From an uncultured Rhodoplanes sp. (GTDB taxonomy: Bacteria; Pseudomonadota; Alphaproteobacteria; Rhizobiales; Xanthobacteraceae), in the NCBI GenBank assembly GCA_936924235.1, contig CAKZHN010000179.1, forward strand, positions 15,588-79,587: a DNA stretch of 64,000 nucleotides. The letters are read 5' to 3'. The first letter of the stretch is position 1. Each line of letters opens with the position of its first letter. Below, in pieces: positions 60,838-64,000 of the stretch. The notes beneath the pieces are model-generated. The model was not told where the DNA came from and ran no database searches. It worked only from the letters and a program-made list of their open reading frames with translations. The translations under genes were made by a program, and so were the position numbers.

Positions 60838-61332
60838 ATGGCGGCCGACCACTTCGTCCATCTGCTCCAGGTCAGCATGCCGTTGCAGGTGGCCGAGACC
60901 ATCGCGGATGGCGCGCTGAAAGCGGGAGCAGAGGCGGGGCTGCTGCCGCTCACCGTCGCGGTTCTCGACGTCGGCGGGCACCTCGTGGTGCTGAAGCGGC
61001 AGGACGGCTCGGGCAACTTCCGCGCCGACATCGCGATCGGCAAGGCGGCCGGTGCGCTGGGGATGGGCATCTCCAGCCGCACCATCCGCGACCGGCTGAA
61101 GGACCGTCCGGCGTTCCAGAGCGCGATCGCGGCCGCCTCCGACGGCCGCTTCATCCCGGTGCCGGGCGGCGTGCTGGTGCTGAACGAGGCGGGCGACGCC
61201 ATCGGCGCGGTGGGCATCTCCGGCGACGCCTCGGACAAGGACGAATACGCCGCGGTCAGCGGCGTGCACGCCGCCGGGCTGAAGAGCCATCCCGAGGCGC
61301 CTGCGGCCAACTGGCGCGAGGCCGGGCTTTAG
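60838..61332 (+). CDS. GlcG/DUF336-family haem-binding-like protein
   Basis: 164-aa DUF336 fold between ligI and ligA. Confidence 0.55.
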   Translation: MAADHFVHLLQVSMPLQVAETIADGALKAGAEAGLLPLTVAVLDVGGHLVVLKRQDGSGNFRADIAIGKAAGALGMGISSRTIRDRLKDRPAFQSAIAAASDGRFIPVPGGVLVLNEAGDAIGAVGISGDASDKDEYAAVSGVHAAGLKSHPEAPAANWREAGL

Positions 61333-61477
61333 TTTCGTTCCAAGGGCCGGCAGCGTTTGATCTGCCTCAAATCCGCACCGGGCGCGCCGTTGCATTGCTA
61401 TGGGGCGCTGGATATATCATTCAGCGATCAGTCTTTTTGGCCCGTTGCTCGCGGCTCGGCCGGATAGAGAGACCCCG

Positions 61478-62900
<1,423 letters not shown>

Positions 62901-62920
62901 GCTGTCGTCGCATTGTTGTC

Positions 62921-62985
62921 GTCATGGCCGTGGCATAGGCGAGCGAAGCGACGCCGTCCTTCGCAAGTCTAGTCCCGGCCATACC
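62921..62985. repeat. REP-like palindromic element, family C
   Basis: gtcatggccgtggcataggcgagcgaagcgacgccgtccttcg...cccggccat; related to 31820-31937. Confidence 0.5.
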
Positions 62986-63005
62986 GCTTAAAGGAGAAGG
63001 GTTCC

Positions 63006-63962
63006 ATGAAAATCTGTGTCGCCGGCCAGGGCGCCTTTGGTCAGAAGCATCTCGACGCGCTCAAGCGCATTTCCGGTGTCGAAGTCACCTCGCTGGTCGG
63101 CGGCAACCAGGACTCGACCGCGGCGATCGCCAAGAAGTACGGCATCCCGCACTACACCGGCGATCTCAGTGAGGGCATCAAGCGCGCCGACGCCGTGATC
63201 CTCACCACGCCGACCAAGATGCACTTCCGCCAGGGCGAGCAGGTGATGCGCGCCGGCAAGCACGTGCTGGTCGAGATTCCGGTGACCGACAGCGTCGAGG
63301 ACGCCGAGAACCTGGTGAAGATCGCCAAGGAGACCGGCGTCACCGCGATGGGCGGCCACGTCCGCCGCTTCAACCCGAGCCATCAATACGTGCACAAGAA
63401 GATCGTGGCCGGCGAGCTGAAGATCCAGCAGATGGACGTGCAGACCTATTTCTTCCGCAGAAAGAACATCAACGCCGCCGGGAATGCGCGGAGCTGGACC
63501 GATCATCTCCTCTGGCATCACGCCGCCCACACCATCGACCTGTTCCAGTATCAGGTCGGCGAGAACATCTCGGACTGCTACGCGGTGCAGGGCCCGATCC
63601 ATCCGGAGCTCAACATCGCGATGGACATGGGCATCGTGGCGAAGACCCCGTCGGGCTCGATGCTGACGCTGTCACTGTCGTTCAACAACGACGGCCCGCT
63701 CGGCTCGTTCTTCCGCTACATCTGCGACAACGGGACCTACAAGGCGTTCTACGACGACCTGTCGGACGGCAAGGACAACAAGATCGACGTGTCGAAGGTC
63801 GACGTGTCGATGGACGGCATCGAGCTCGAGGACCGCGAGTTCATCAAGGCGATCCAGGAGAAGCGCGAGCCGAACGGCAGCCTGCAGCAGGTGCTGCCGT
63901 GCATGCACGTGCTCGGCAAGCTCGAGAAGATCATCGACCCGCAGCGCAAGGCGCACGCGTAA
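63006..63962 (+). CDS. ligC: 4-carboxy-2-hydroxymuconate-6-semialdehyde dehydrogenase (Gfo/Idh/MocA family)
   Basis: MKICVAGQGAFGQKHLDALKRI Rossmann N-terminus; LigC-like length; position immediately after ligAB. Confidence 0.8.
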   Translation: MKICVAGQGAFGQKHLDALKRISGVEVTSLVGGNQDSTAAIAKKYGIPHYTGDLSEGIKRADAVILTTPTKMHFRQGEQVMRAGKHVLVEIPVTDSVEDAENLVKIAKETGVTAMGGHVRRFNPSHQYVHKKIVAGELKIQQMDVQTYFFRRKNINAAGNARSWTDHLLWHHAAHTIDLFQYQVGENISDCYAVQGPIHPELNIAMDMGIVAKTPSGSMLTLSLSFNNDGPLGSFFRYICDNGTYKAFYDDLSDGKDNKIDVSKVDVSMDGIELEDREFIKAIQEKREPNGSLQQVLPCMHVLGKLEKIIDPQRKAHA

Positions 63963-63984
63963 TCGCGGGCGCTACTCTCTCAGC

Positions 63985-64000
63985 GTCATGGCCGGGCTTG
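63985..64000. repeat. Start of another family C REP-like element (truncated by the window end)
   Basis: cagcgtcatggccgggcttg matches the 5' arm of family C. Confidence 0.3.

Overview
The window is a high-GC (~65%) alphaproteobacterial chromosome segment, Bradyrhizobium/Rhodopseudomonas-like, consistent with the regS-regR pair and the three interspersed REP-like palindromic repeat families. I found no tRNA, rRNA, CRISPR array, transposase or integrase. Gene content is largely housekeeping and metabolic. In order: glutaryl-CoA dehydrogenase; mtnA translationally coupled to a CPG2-like M20 carboxypeptidase; a chemoreceptor whose periplasmic domain carries a CXXCH haem-c motif; RegSR; an ABC-2 exporter; PhaZ; a class A PBP; GlnD; an ssuABC-like uptake system; four orphan TctC/Bug-family binding proteins (one near 13 kb and three in tandem further on); MutS; a dctPQM TRAP transporter followed by a TPP enzyme, an amidohydrolase_2 and a GATase1 hydrolase. 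The last ~13 kb (51.3-64 kb) is the most coherent block. It is a lignin-monomer catabolic island in two parts. The first is a CoA-dependent beta-oxidative hydroxycinnamate side-chain module: Fcs-like ligase, crotonase, SDR 3-hydroxyacyl-CoA dehydrogenase, hot-dog thioesterase and a PcaF-like thiolase. The second is the protocatechuate 4,5-cleavage genes ligI-(GlcG-like)-ligA-ligB-ligC. Both LigA and LigB carry unusual basic Lys/Ala/Pro-rich C-terminal tails. Other candidates of unknown function include an O-methyltransferase / aryl-CoA ligase / membrane GHSGG-hydrolase trio, a lower-GC secreted protein with a structured 5' leader, and an 18-bp tandem duplication spanning an ADH stop codon. The many long antisense ORFs in the six-frame track are treated as GC-driven artefacts.
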